Below, in pieces: positions 1-9,145 of a stretch of 64,000 nucleotides of DNA. The stretch covers positions 128,792 to 192,791 of the forward strand of contig CAVXUZ010000004.1 in the NCBI GenBank assembly GCA_963765125.1, read 5' to 3'. Under the pieces are notes generated by a model that was not told the DNA's origin, made no database searches, and saw only the letters and a program-made list of their open reading frames with translations. Within the stretch, counting starts at the first letter, position 1, and each line of letters opens with the position of its first letter. This DNA comes from an uncultured candidate division WWE3 bacterium (lineage in GTDB: Bacteria; Patescibacteriota; WWE3; UBA101185; UBA10185). The position numbers and the translations under genes were made by a program.

Positions 1-1444
1 TCAATGCCATATTTAATAGATGTGTGGCTGTGTGATACCTGATTGTCTGCTCTGAGTGATCAGCAAGGCCACCTTCGAATTTCTGCGCAGCTCCAGAACG
101 AGACGTTTGCTGATGCTCTTCGAATTTTGCTGTAAAAAGCTTTTCAATTTCTGTGGTTTCAATTTCGGAATCAAACTCTTTGAGATCTTCGGAGTACATT
201 TCAAATGGGTATCCAAGAGATTGGTAAAGATCAAAAGCTAAATCCGCAAGCGCCTGAAAGTTGCGAGAACTAATCAACGCTGCAATTTTTTCAGAATTTT
301 TTGCAACTTCTTTTGCACCCTTTTCTAAAGTTTTTCTAAATTTCTCCTCTTCAACAGAAAACATTCCAGCAATGTTTTTTTCTTTCTCTAAAAGCGCTGG
401 GTAAATCCAAGAAAACATTTTTGCAACTACAGGAACGAGATTTACCGACACATCTTTTTCAAGCCCAAGCTTTCTTGCTACCCTAACCATTCTGCGCAGA
501 AGTCTGCGCAAGATATAACCTTGGTCTTTGTTGCTCGGTAAAACATTGTCCATTGCTAAAAAGGTTGCTGAGCGCATATGGTCAGCGAGCATTCTCATCG
601 ATTTTGTTATAGAAATATCAGATAAATATTTTTTACCGCTTAATTTCTCTAGTTCTTGTATGATTGGATAAAAATTATCTGTTTCGTAAATATCGTGTTT
701 GTTCTGTGAAACTAGTGCCATGCGCTCAAGTCCGCCGCCGAAATCCACATTTTTTTGTGGTAGTTCAACCCATCCGCTTTCTGCTCTTTTATACTGCATA
801 AAAACGGAGTTTCCTATTTCAATAAAGTCGTCTTGATGCTCGGCGGGGTTTAAACCAAAGCCTGTTCCTTCTTTTCCAATGTAATAAAATATTTCACTGT
901 CGGGGCCACCAAGCTCACCAACTGCCTCGCCTCTTTGCCACCAGTTATCTTTTTTTCCATATGTAAAAATTCTTTCATTCTCTTTTGCCTCTAACCCATA
1001 CTTTTTAAAAACGTTTTTTATAATTTCTATGGATTCTTCATCTTTAGGTGCGTCTTTGTCACCTTCAAAGACGGTGGCATATATTTTGTCAATCTCCAAC
1101 CCAAGTTCTTCTACTAAAAATTCGTAAACCCACAGAAGCTGTTCTTTTTTAAAGTAATCACCTAGGCTCCAATTTCCCATCATATGAAACGCGGTAGTAT
1201 GTCGATTAGTAACGCCAACATTTTCTAAATCCTCATTAAAGCGAAGGCATCGTTGAACATTCATAAGTCTTTTACCTAATGGATGAGGCTCTCCGGAAAG
1301 GTACGGCACGAGCGGAAACATTCCAGAATTTACATACAAGAGGGTCGGATCGTTTTCTGGCACGAGTGAAACGTTAGGAACAAGTTTATGGCCTCTTTTT
1401 TCGTAAAACTTTATGAATTTTTCTATTATCTCTTTAGATTGCAT
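1..1444 (-). CDS. alaS: Alanyl-tRNA synthetase, N-terminal catalytic part; the ORF runs off the window start (partial)
   Basis: Manual translation of the minus strand from the ATG at 1444-1442 gives MQSKEIIEKFIKFYEKRGHKLVPNVSLVPENDPTLLYVNSGM...TAFHMMGNWSLGDYFKKEQL, matching AlaRS class II motifs. The frame stays open to position 2. It is absent from the ORF track only because it has no in-window stop. Confidence 0.85.
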   Translation of the reverse strand, partial: MQSKEIIEKFIKFYEKRGHKLVPNVSLVPENDPTLLYVNSGMFPLVPYLSGEPHPLGKRLMNVQRCLRFNEDLENVGVTNRHTTAFHMMGNWSLGDYFKKEQLLWVYEFLVEELGLEIDKIYATVFEGDKDAPKDEESIEIIKNVFKKYGLEAKENERIFTYGKKDNWWQRGEAVGELGGPDSEIFYYIGKEGTGFGLNPAEHQDDFIEIGNSVFMQYKRAESGWVELPQKNVDFGGGLERMALVSQNKHDIYETDNFYPIIQELEKLSGKKYLSDISITKSMRMLADHMRSATFLAMDNVLPSNKDQGYILRRLLRRMVRVARKLGLEKDVSVNLVPVVAKMFSWIYPALLEKEKNIAGMFSVEEEKFRKTLEKGAKEVAKNSEKIAALISSRNFQALADLAFDLYQSLGYPFEMYSEDLKEFDSEIETTEIEKLFTAKFEEHQQTSRSGAAQKFEGGLADHSEQTIRYHTATHLLNMAL

Positions 1445-1448
1445 ATTT

Positions 1449-1523
1449 TGGAGGCCTGGACGAGAATCGAACTCGTGAGTAGAAGTTTTGCAGACTCCCG
1501 CCTTCCCACTTGGCTACCAGGCC
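1449..1523 (-). tRNA. tRNA-Cys (anticodon GCA), 75 nt including encoded CCA
   Basis: The minus-strand sequence GGCCTGGTAGCCAAGTGGGAAGGCGGGAGTCTGCAAAACTTCTACTCACGAGTTCGATTCTCGTCCAGGCCTCCA folds as a cloverleaf by hand. It has a 7-bp acceptor stem, a 3-bp D stem, an anticodon stem GGAGT/ACTTC and a loop CUGCAAA with anticodon GCA. The T arm is ACGAG-TTCGATT-CTCGT. The discriminator is U73, which is the CysRS identity element, followed by CCA. Confidence 0.85.
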
Positions 1524-1615
1524 TTAATACTGACCTTTTACGGTCTAGCTACAATTGCTATTTTAGCATTATCGTGCTAATTTACACATGTAAATTTCCT
1601 GCCTGACTTAATTAT

Positions 1616-1738
1616 ATGTCAATTTCAACACTACAAACGTTGCAGATGACGCCTACGCCAAAAAGCAACGGTTCCAAAAAAATAATCATAGGCGTTCTAG
1701 CAATTATAATTGCTATTACATTGAGTATTCTTCGGTAA
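1616..1738 (+). CDS. Possible 40-aa membrane peptide (MSISTLQTLQMTPTPKSNGSKKIIIGVLAIIIAITLSILR)
   Basis: It has an ATG, an open frame and a hydrophobic C-terminal half, and is below the ORF-track size cutoff. There is no homology basis. Confidence 0.2.
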   Translation: MSISTLQTLQMTPTPKSNGSKKIIIGVLAIIIAITLSILR

Positions 1739-1784
1739 AAATATTTTTGGCTCAATAAAAAAAATCGGCGCAAAATCAGCCCTT

Positions 1785-2912
1785 ATGATTGATGTTAGCA
1801 GCGGCCGTGCTGAGGTTTTCATAAACGGCGAGAATTTAGGTGTAACCCCTTACGAATCGCAAGATATTAAACCTGGTTCAAATAAAGTAACTTTAAAATC
1901 TACAAACAGACAGTACGAAACAAATATTAACTTTCTCTCAACAAGCGACAAATATATACATAAAGTAGGTGTTTTTAGAGATCTTGGCATCTCTGACCTT
2001 TTCTCAAGCGGGCAGGATGTTTGGTTTGATGAAGACACAACTGATACGGTTCTTCGAGTTATTTCTGAACCATCGGGTGCAACGGTATACATAGACACTA
2101 CAGAAATCGGTAAAACCCCGTTCACGTCTAGCAAATTAACTGAGGGCGATTACGACATTAGAATTGAGAAAGTCGGTTACGAAGGTCAAAAAACTAGAGT
2201 ACATGTGCAAAAAGGCTATACATCAAACCTTTCTGTAAAACTATTTCCTATGCCAGTTCCTGCAAGAGTAAGCCCGTTTGCAGGTTCAACAAGCCTCTAC
2301 GACATTTCTTTAGATAACACGCAAGTTGTAACCGATACACAGACGTGGGCAAAAGGTGTTGTGTACTGGAATCAAACAAGAGGAATAAATCTTGAAAGCG
2401 TTGGAATAAACAAAGAATTAGTTTTTGACTACCTAATAGACTACAAGGGAACAATATACGACAATCTCGGAAATCTTGTTTTAGACGACACCGAGCTTCA
2501 AAAAATTAAAAAAGACGGCAGGGGCGCTTACATGGGAAGGGTATCTGACGGGCTAGGCTTGTCTGAGGGCGCAAAAGAAGCGTTAGCCAAAATAAACGGT
2601 TCAAAAGTAGAAACCGCCGGTGCAGTTACAGAAGAAAATATGGTTGAAATTCTTGATACGGGTCTAGGTTGGTTAAGAGTTAGAAACGAACCAACTACAT
2701 CAGGCACCGAAGTTGGAAAAGTTGATGTTGGTAAGAAATACGCAGTTATTGAAGAACAGGCTGAGTGGGTAAAAATAAAAGCCTCTGATACTCTAGAGGG
2801 CTGGGTTTCTAGCCGTTATACAAAAAAGGTTACCCCTACTACAGCTCCGGTCACTGATGGTACCGTAGACACCGCCGCAACTGACGGTACTGGCGCAACA
2901 ACCAACCAATAA
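1785..2912 (+). CDS. PEGA-domain and SH3b-domain protein
   Basis: Two PEGA-like segments are present (AEVFINGENLGVTPYES and SEPSGATVYIDTTEIGKTPFTSSKLTEGDYDIRIEKVGYEGQKTRVHV). A C-terminal bacterial SH3-like segment (GWLRVRNEPTTSGTEVGKVDVGKKYAVIEEQAEWVKIKASDTLEGWVSSRY) is followed by a Thr/Gly-rich tail. Confidence 0.6.
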   Translation: MIDVSSGRAEVFINGENLGVTPYESQDIKPGSNKVTLKSTNRQYETNINFLSTSDKYIHKVGVFRDLGISDLFSSGQDVWFDEDTTDTVLRVISEPSGATVYIDTTEIGKTPFTSSKLTEGDYDIRIEKVGYEGQKTRVHVQKGYTSNLSVKLFPMPVPARVSPFAGSTSLYDISLDNTQVVTDTQTWAKGVVYWNQTRGINLESVGINKELVFDYLIDYKGTIYDNLGNLVLDDTELQKIKKDGRGAYMGRVSDGLGLSEGAKEALAKINGSKVETAGAVTEENMVEILDTGLGWLRVRNEPTTSGTEVGKVDVGKKYAVIEEQAEWVKIKASDTLEGWVSSRYTKKVTPTTAPVTDGTVDTAATDGTGATTNQ

Positions 2913-3512
2913 TTACCTAAAAGATTCGTGCCACTCAATAACGTCAGGGCGTAAATTGGTCGCCATTGCTTTTGTTAATTCGTAATCCTGCATTAGTCCT
3001 AACTTCTTTTCGTAAGTTGCAACATCTACTAGAATTCCCAAATCGTTATAGTAAGTATTTTTAAGTTTTAAGAAGTATACGCGTGCAACTTTTATTTTTT
3101 CTTCGCGATTTGGATTGGTGATTTCTTCATCGGTGCCCTCCTTACCAATCCAGAAATAATAGAGAGGAATTATATTTCTCAAAGTCGCGAGGTTTTTTGG
3201 GTTTTTACTTTCAGATTCAAGAAGTAAACTTAGTATGGAACCCTCGATCTTTTCGATTTCAGCCTCTTTAACTAATATTCTTTTTGCGTCTAGTATCTTT
3301 ATTTTTTGCCTAAAATATTGAGGCTCGTTACTATTTGACGAAATTGACTTGTTTATCTCCTTAAGAGAATTCTCGATCTCACCATTTTCTAGTTTGTACT
3401 TCGCACTCGCAAAATACATATCGGCGATAAACAGGTTTAAAACCACACTTAGAAAGTAGAAATAGCCGACTGGCACTAATAGTAGTAGAAATGCTCTTTT
3501 CACTACACTCAT
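2913..3512 (-). CDS. Hypothetical protein with an N-terminal transmembrane anchor
   Basis: The 199-aa ORF has a hydrophobic N-terminus and no recognisable motif. Confidence 0.4.
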   Translation of the reverse strand: MSVVKRAFLLLLVPVGYFYFLSVVLNLFIADMYFASAKYKLENGEIENSLKEINKSISSNSNEPQYFRQKIKILDAKRILVKEAEIEKIEGSILSLLLESESKNPKNLATLRNIIPLYYFWIGKEGTDEEITNPNREEKIKVARVYFLKLKNTYYNDLGILVDVATYEKKLGLMQDYELTKAMATNLRPDVIEWHESFR

Positions 3513-3536
3513 TATAGTGAATATATATAAAAAGTT

Positions 3537-4739
3537 TTATTGAGAAGTTTCTTTAGAGTCCAAATACGCAAGCCACATCCAAAATAGTAGGGCAGTTGAA
3601 ACCGTCGGCCAGCCAAAAATGTTTGTCACTGCAAAGCCAAAAAACCCTGCTTTTAGATAGACGTCGCTGCTTTTTAAATATTTGAGAATAATGAATAAAT
3701 AGGCTAGAAGGGCGAATACGCCAGATTCAACAGCTATTTCAAGAAAGTAATTATGAGGCTTATTTAATATAAAATCCCATTCCGACGAGTAGTTTAAAAT
3801 ATCTTCTCTAAAGAATGGATACTCGTAAGGAAAATTTTCAGGCCCTATACCGAGTAATACATTTTTTGGTGATGAAATAAACATTTTTGCACTACCCTTC
3901 CAAAGTCCTGTTCTAATCAAGCCAGAGTCTGATATGTTATAACTTTTTTGATCGCCGCTTAGATTTATCGCGTCGAGCACACGCTCCTTAAAAGGAGTAA
4001 GCATTAACCCAACCAACAATAAAACGGTAAATCCGGTAACAAAGGCTATTTTGATACTTTTTTTAATTTTTAGGCTCAATGCTACCACAGCCACCGCTGC
4101 AATAAATCCAAGCATTCCAGAAATTGACCGCGTTAAAAATAGACACCCAATTGATAAAACAACAAATAAAAACCAAAAGTATTTTTTGTATTTCTCTTTT
4201 TCAATAATAAAAAATCTTACAACCAGAGGTATACACATCACTAAGTATGCTGCTAACCAATTTGGTTGCCCAAAAGTAGAAAAAACCCGCGCGGTATCAA
4301 AAGCTTGAAAAATACCAAACAAGCTAATCGGCAAAACTCCCAAGGCAGCTGCTTCTAATAACACATTCATTTTTTCTTTATTAAAAAGATTAATGGCAAC
4401 TACGTATATTCCAAAAAAGATTAGGTAAGAAACTAAGCCACCATTAAATCTTGTGTAATACCCCCAAAGAGACGTGTGTAAATGGTTTGAAAATATAGTG
4501 GAAATTATTACTGTAGTAATAAAAATAGATATAGGTAAAGAAGGTTTTTTAAAATCACCAAACCCAAATAACAACCCTCTTAATAAATAGACGGTAATAA
4601 TCGTGGCACCAACAAAGTAGATAAAGTACATCTTCGGAAATTCGTAAACCTCAGAGGCTCCGAGACTAAACAGGAGCGGTGTTACAAATAACATTCCGAT
4701 AAAGAGAAAAAATAGTGTCTTAAATAAATTTTTTTTCAT
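3537..4739 (-). CDS. O-antigen ligase / Wzy_C family polytopic membrane protein
   Basis: It has about 10 predicted TM helices. The signature PHNYFLEIAVESGVFALLAY matches the HN..L....E.G motif of WaaL/PglL-type O-antigen ligases. Confidence 0.55.
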   Translation of the reverse strand: MKKNLFKTLFFLFIGMLFVTPLLFSLGASEVYEFPKMYFIYFVGATIITVYLLRGLLFGFGDFKKPSLPISIFITTVIISTIFSNHLHTSLWGYYTRFNGGLVSYLIFFGIYVVAINLFNKEKMNVLLEAAALGVLPISLFGIFQAFDTARVFSTFGQPNWLAAYLVMCIPLVVRFFIIEKEKYKKYFWFLFVVLSIGCLFLTRSISGMLGFIAAVAVVALSLKIKKSIKIAFVTGFTVLLLVGLMLTPFKERVLDAINLSGDQKSYNISDSGLIRTGLWKGSAKMFISSPKNVLLGIGPENFPYEYPFFREDILNYSSEWDFILNKPHNYFLEIAVESGVFALLAYLFIILKYLKSSDVYLKAGFFGFAVTNIFGWPTVSTALLFWMWLAYLDSKETSQ

Positions 4740-4764
4740 GCTATCATTAATTTAGGTCCTGCCT

Positions 4765-5325
4765 ATGATATCAAGAACCTTAATCAGATTAATAGATCAA
4801 GCAATAGTACCCGCCATACTTCTTTTGTGTGCAAGAATCACATCAGTAATAATGGTGAGCTACTTCAATAATATTGCATTTGGTGTTGATGGAACAGGAT
4901 TTGTTTTTAAAACACAAGAAGACTACATTTTTGTAAATTCCTACTCAACAGTGGCAATGATCGTCATTCTTGGTGTTGGTCTGCTTTATATCCTACTTAA
5001 AGCCTTTTTATTTCACGACACTCATATCAGTCCAAACCTTACAGCAAAGCTTTTTCACTATAAAGTAACTTCATTGATTCAAAGCTCTTTTGAACTATAT
5101 TCTCAAGGCGTTATCTGGATGTGCTATCTTTATTTAATTTCTGCAGTTACACTTATTCTGGCTATTACGGGGCTCATATATAGCTGGGTACTTTGGTTTG
5201 GTGTAGTACTAAGTATAATTTCTACAGCAGTATTAATTTTTGATATTGAAAATGAGCTAGAAATAAAACAGCACGAGGGGGAGTACATTGAAGACGAGTC
5301 TCCTGCTGAGGCTGTTGCTAAATAA
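4765..5325 (+). CDS. Hypothetical polytopic membrane protein
   Basis: The 186-aa ORF has several hydrophobic helices and no motif recognised. Confidence 0.4.
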   Translation: MISRTLIRLIDQAIVPAILLLCARITSVIMVSYFNNIAFGVDGTGFVFKTQEDYIFVNSYSTVAMIVILGVGLLYILLKAFLFHDTHISPNLTAKLFHYKVTSLIQSSFELYSQGVIWMCYLYLISAVTLILAITGLIYSWVLWFGVVLSIISTAVLIFDIENELEIKQHEGEYIEDESPAEAVAK

Positions 5326-5533
5326 TATGTTACACGAAGACTTAAACTTATTTGGAAAAATAGTTGTAAACACAATGATGGTTGCTTTACTCTGGGCGAT
5401 ACTAGTTCTGCCAGCAAGCACGTTTTCTCTTTTACGATTTGAAAGTGGAAACAGCGCAGATGTTTTAGGCGCGCAAGATACCAGAGTTGTAGGCGTTATA
5501 ATAGACGGCGTGGAATACTTGGTAATCGAGTAA

Positions 5534-6724
5534 CTAACTCATCGCCGGTAAGGCATATAAAACAAACAGCGCAAAAGCCCCCCAAAGTAACACTGACAAT
5601 AAAAGCGGTAAATCACTTAGTAGTACCCTATCTGGGGACTCTCCCTCTTGTTTTTCATAAATAACATAGAGATAACGCGCAACACCATAAATAACAATTG
5701 GTATAGAAAGCATCATCCACTTTGGACTTCTTAAAATTGATGGTAGAAAAGACGAAAGCGTGTGGCTAAATGTTTCTGGTGAAATCTGAAAAACAAACAG
5801 TGAATACGTAATTATCGAGTATGTCGCTGACATCGAAATCATGCTATCTAATAAATTATCTGGGTAATGACGAAGCGTACTTCTTGTCTCACCTTCTTTT
5901 TCTAATCCTAAATATTTTGCGACAAGTGTTTTTTCTGAACGTCTTTTACCGAATGCTAGGAGGAGTGAAACCCCAATCGTTGCAAGTGTTAACCACGATG
6001 AAACCGAGGTGTCTGAGGCAAACCCACCTGCAAAAACTCTGGTTACAAATAGCGCGGCAATTGTTAGAGAATCCAAAATAATTATGTTTTTAATCCAAAG
6101 TGTGTAAAGAATTTGAATTAGAATGTAAGCGATAAGCGCGAATGCGAAAAATGTCCCGATATTGTAAATGGAATATACTATCGCTCCAAACACTAAAATA
6201 AATGCAACAGTCCAAGCAACCGACTCTTTTAACTTGCCAGAAGCCAATGGACGATTCTTTTTTATTGGGTGAAGTCTATCCTTTGGAGCGTCAATAATGT
6301 CGTTAATAAAATATGCGGCCGATGAAATCGCACAAAAAGCTATGAATGCCTTAACCGAGGCGGAAAATACTGCGGGTTGAAACAAATTTCCAAAAAATAA
6401 AGGTGCGGCAAATACACTAAAGTTTTTTACCCACTGCCTAGGTCGTGCTGTTCTTAATATTTGGTAAAGGGTCCCAATCATTATGTAAGTATATGTTGGG
6501 TAAGCTTTTGGCGCAAACGCTGGGGTTGGCATAAATTGACCAAAACCAAAGTCTGTAATACAATCCCAAGCAACACAGACTGATGGGAAAGGAGTATTGA
6601 TCATGTTTACACCTACATTTTTTTTTGGTGATACGGTCCTTTGGACACTCGGTGACGGCTCAAAAATCAAGTGCCGTGTCTTCTCTGGGGATAAACGAGA
6701 TTGCTGGAGGAATTGATTTTGCAA
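5534..6724 (-). CDS. UbiA-family prenyl/phosphoribosyl transferase (decaprenyl-phosphate phosphoribosyltransferase-like); the true start is probably internal, near MIGTLYQILRTARPRQWVKN
   Basis: The UbiA motif NDIIDAPKDRLHPIKKNRPLASGKL is present, with RPRQWVKN near the likely N-terminus. The upstream 80 codons are probably non-coding. Confidence 0.65.
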   Translation of the reverse strand: MQNQFLQQSRLSPEKTRHLIFEPSPSVQRTVSPKKNVGVNMINTPFPSVCVAWDCITDFGFGQFMPTPAFAPKAYPTYTYIMIGTLYQILRTARPRQWVKNFSVFAAPLFFGNLFQPAVFSASVKAFIAFCAISSAAYFINDIIDAPKDRLHPIKKNRPLASGKLKESVAWTVAFILVFGAIVYSIYNIGTFFAFALIAYILIQILYTLWIKNIIILDSLTIAALFVTRVFAGGFASDTSVSSWLTLATIGVSLLLAFGKRRSEKTLVAKYLGLEKEGETRSTLRHYPDNLLDSMISMSATYSIITYSLFVFQISPETFSHTLSSFLPSILRSPKWMMLSIPIVIYGVARYLYVIYEKQEGESPDRVLLSDLPLLLSVLLWGAFALFVLYALPAMS

Positions 6725-6834
6725 CGCTTAATTGATATAAAAACTCTGGAGGATTGTCCAGAGCGAGACATTAAGAAGGGTGAGAACTTTGTTGGCGTTA
6801 GCAGGGAAAGTTTAAGTATTCTTTGAAGCAAGTT

Positions 6835-6873
6835 GGTGCTGAATTATACAAATTTTTCAGCACCTATTTTTTT
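6835..6873 (+). terminator. Hairpin GGTGCTGAA-12 nt-TTCAGCACC followed by ATTTTTTTA; the functional strand is ambiguous
   Basis: A perfect 9-bp inverted repeat lies immediately 3' of the minus-strand response-regulator stop. Its U-tract is on the plus side. Confidence 0.35.
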
Positions 6874-7543
6874 ACTCTGCACAAAATTTATAACCAAACC
6901 CGTAAACTGTTTTAATAAGTTTCTTTTTAAAAGGCTTGTCTATTTTATCTCTCAAATTTTTCATATTTACTTCTAAGGTGTTTGAAAATGTTTCGATGCC
7001 ATAATCCCAAGCGTTTTCTAAAAGCTGCTCTTTACTGATTACATTATTTTTATTAAGCATTAAACAATACAAAATATCGTATTCTTTTCGTCTGAGTGAT
7101 ATTTTTGTTTTTTGTCTACTTGCCTCTTTGGTTTTTGTATTAAGTGATAAATCACCAACCCGTAAAATTTCGTCGTGAGAGATTTTTTGAGATCTACTAA
7201 TTAACACTCTTAAATAGGCTTTTAGCTCCAATTCGTTAACAGGCTCTGCTAGCACTGCGTCAGCTCCGCAATCGAGCGTTTTAAGTCTCGTTTCTAGGTC
7301 TGCTTCTTTTTGTAATATTAAAATGGGAACTTCTTTGTTATGCTCTCTGGTTTGCTTACAAAAATCAGGCTCTGTGATGTCTTTTAACCCTGATTCTAGG
7401 ACTATGGCCGAGTATTCATTAGCCTGTGATAGATAGGCCCCTTCTTCTCCGTTGTTTGCAACGTCTACGATGTAGTGATCGTCGATGCCCGCTCTAAGCT
7501 TTTGCAACGACTCTATGTCATTGTCCACCAAAAGTATTCTCAT
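6872..7543 (-). CDS. OmpR-family two-component response regulator, with no adjacent histidine kinase
   Basis: A receiver domain (MRILLVDNDIES...IVLESGLKD) is followed by a C-terminal winged-helix trans_reg_C-like segment (ISLRRKEYDILYCLMLN...TVYGFGYKF). Confidence 0.8.
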   Translation of the reverse strand: MRILLVDNDIESLQKLRAGIDDHYIVDVANNGEEGAYLSQANEYSAIVLESGLKDITEPDFCKQTREHNKEVPILILQKEADLETRLKTLDCGADAVLAEPVNELELKAYLRVLISRSQKISHDEILRVGDLSLNTKTKEASRQKTKISLRRKEYDILYCLMLNKNNVISKEQLLENAWDYGIETFSNTLEVNMKNLRDKIDKPFKKKLIKTVYGFGYKFCAE

Positions 7544-7586
7544 AAATACCTTATAGGCAGGTTATGGCAGCATTGTTAATTAATTA

Positions 7587-9125
7587 TTAACTATTTTCTA
7601 TTTGGGCAGAGTTCTTAACGTCACTGTTTTTTCTCATTTTAAAACTTATATTCAAAATTATTATCACGAACATCACAACGCCTGCTAGGCTTAAACCAAT
7701 TTGAACTGTAAATTTGTCTGCAGTTAGATATCCCAGTGTTCCAAAAAATGCGGTTGTAAGCCAATAAAATATTGCAATTTTTCTTATACTCCACCCTCTG
7801 TTTAGCAATATATGATGAAGATGTCCACGATCTCCTTTAAGAGGATTTTTCTTTTCGAAGATTCTTCGCAATACTGTTACAAACGCATCTAAAAATGGAA
7901 TGAGAATAATAATCGCTGAGGTAATAATTTTACTACTTATCAAAATTGAGAGTGTCGAAAGTACTAGCCCCGCGCTCATCGCACCAAACCCCCACATTAT
8001 TTTTGATGGGTACCACGTATATTTTACAAAACCCAAACTTAAACCAACTGAAATAGCAGCAAGTATTGCAACTCTTTTGTCTACGAGTTCGAGAGGTACA
8101 AATCTAAGCGCTAATAAAATTAAAAGAAAGCTTGCAATACCAACTATTCCTGCGTATTGACCGTCTATACCATTCGACCACGAAAGAACATTTAACACCC
8201 ATACAACCCATACTGTAGTAAGAAGAGCAGATAACAAATCTGAGCTAATTGAAAAAACACCGCCGAGTGGGCTAGATACTGCAAAAATTCTCGTACCAAG
8301 CAGGGATACTAAAGATACAATTAAAAACAGGGCGCCGAGCCTGATAAATGGGTTTTCGAATAATCTAAGTTTTGTTTCTGGGTGGGTGTTTTGATAATCA
8401 TCGATAATTCCTAAGATAGATATTAAAAATAGAGCAAGATAAAATGCGAGCAAGTACGGAGGAAATCCTACGTAAATTCCTGCCATTATTAAAAACATAA
8501 TTCCATAGATAAAACCGCCACCTCTTGCAGACGGTTCTGCGAGCAACATTCCTGGATGGTCGTGAAGCGACGGACTCGTTACAAGATCTTTGTCGTGAGC
8601 ATAATTTATAAATCTTGGCAAAATAAAGCTTACACCTATAAATGCAACAAGAGCAGGAATAATGAGATCGAGATAAAGCGGGTTTATAAAAGGCTCAAAT
8701 GGTTTTGACGCTAAAAAGATAATTCGCAACAGTGAATAAGATAAAAGCAGGTTTGCAGAAATTGTTATATACCCTACAAGACTAATGCTGTGACGTACAA
8801 AGTATCTTTTTAGCGGAATCATAAGACCTAGCCCAACAAGCGTTATAAACGCGCTTATAACAGGTAGGAAATATAAAAACTGCTTTTGACCAAACTGAAT
8901 GTCCCCCCACGTGCGCGTGTACCAAAAAGGAACTAAGTCATTTACATACTCAAATCTCAAATTTAGATAAAAAACCTGAAAAATCACCAACAATGCATTT
9001 ACCAAAAAGATTGAGAAAATGCTGTCAGAGAAACGTTTGTTTAAGTCTGCTATTGTGGAGCTGAGCTTTGATGAAAACTTTGAGTAGTTTGTGCTACTTT
9101 TTATTGATTTTATAATACCTACCAT
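7587..9125 (-). CDS. MraY/WecA-family polyprenyl-phosphate sugar-1-phosphate transferase with an extra N-terminal membrane domain
   Basis: Family motifs are GIIDDY and NVLSWSNGIDGQYAG, plus HHILLNRGWS near the C-terminus. It is polytopic. Confidence 0.7.
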   Translation of the reverse strand: MVGIIKSIKSSTNYSKFSSKLSSTIADLNKRFSDSIFSIFLVNALLVIFQVFYLNLRFEYVNDLVPFWYTRTWGDIQFGQKQFLYFLPVISAFITLVGLGLMIPLKRYFVRHSISLVGYITISANLLLSYSLLRIIFLASKPFEPFINPLYLDLIIPALVAFIGVSFILPRFINYAHDKDLVTSPSLHDHPGMLLAEPSARGGGFIYGIMFLIMAGIYVGFPPYLLAFYLALFLISILGIIDDYQNTHPETKLRLFENPFIRLGALFLIVSLVSLLGTRIFAVSSPLGGVFSISSDLLSALLTTVWVVWVLNVLSWSNGIDGQYAGIVGIASFLLILLALRFVPLELVDKRVAILAAISVGLSLGFVKYTWYPSKIMWGFGAMSAGLVLSTLSILISSKIITSAIIILIPFLDAFVTVLRRIFEKKNPLKGDRGHLHHILLNRGWSIRKIAIFYWLTTAFFGTLGYLTADKFTVQIGLSLAGVVMFVIIILNISFKMRKNSDVKNSAQIENS

Positions 9126-9145
9126 AAGATACCGGTAACAACATA

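Noticed and set aside
1616-1790. An in-frame stop-codon readthrough or recoding joining the TM peptide to the PEGA gene
   Set aside because: Checking coordinates showed the small ORF is in frame 2 (mod 3) and the PEGA gene in frame 0. So there is no in-frame stop, only a possible frameshift split.
6835-6873. The hairpin as the terminator of the response-regulator gene
   Set aside because: It is placed 3' of the gene but the U-tract is on the opposite (plus) strand, where no gene ends. It is retained only as a low-confidence structural element.
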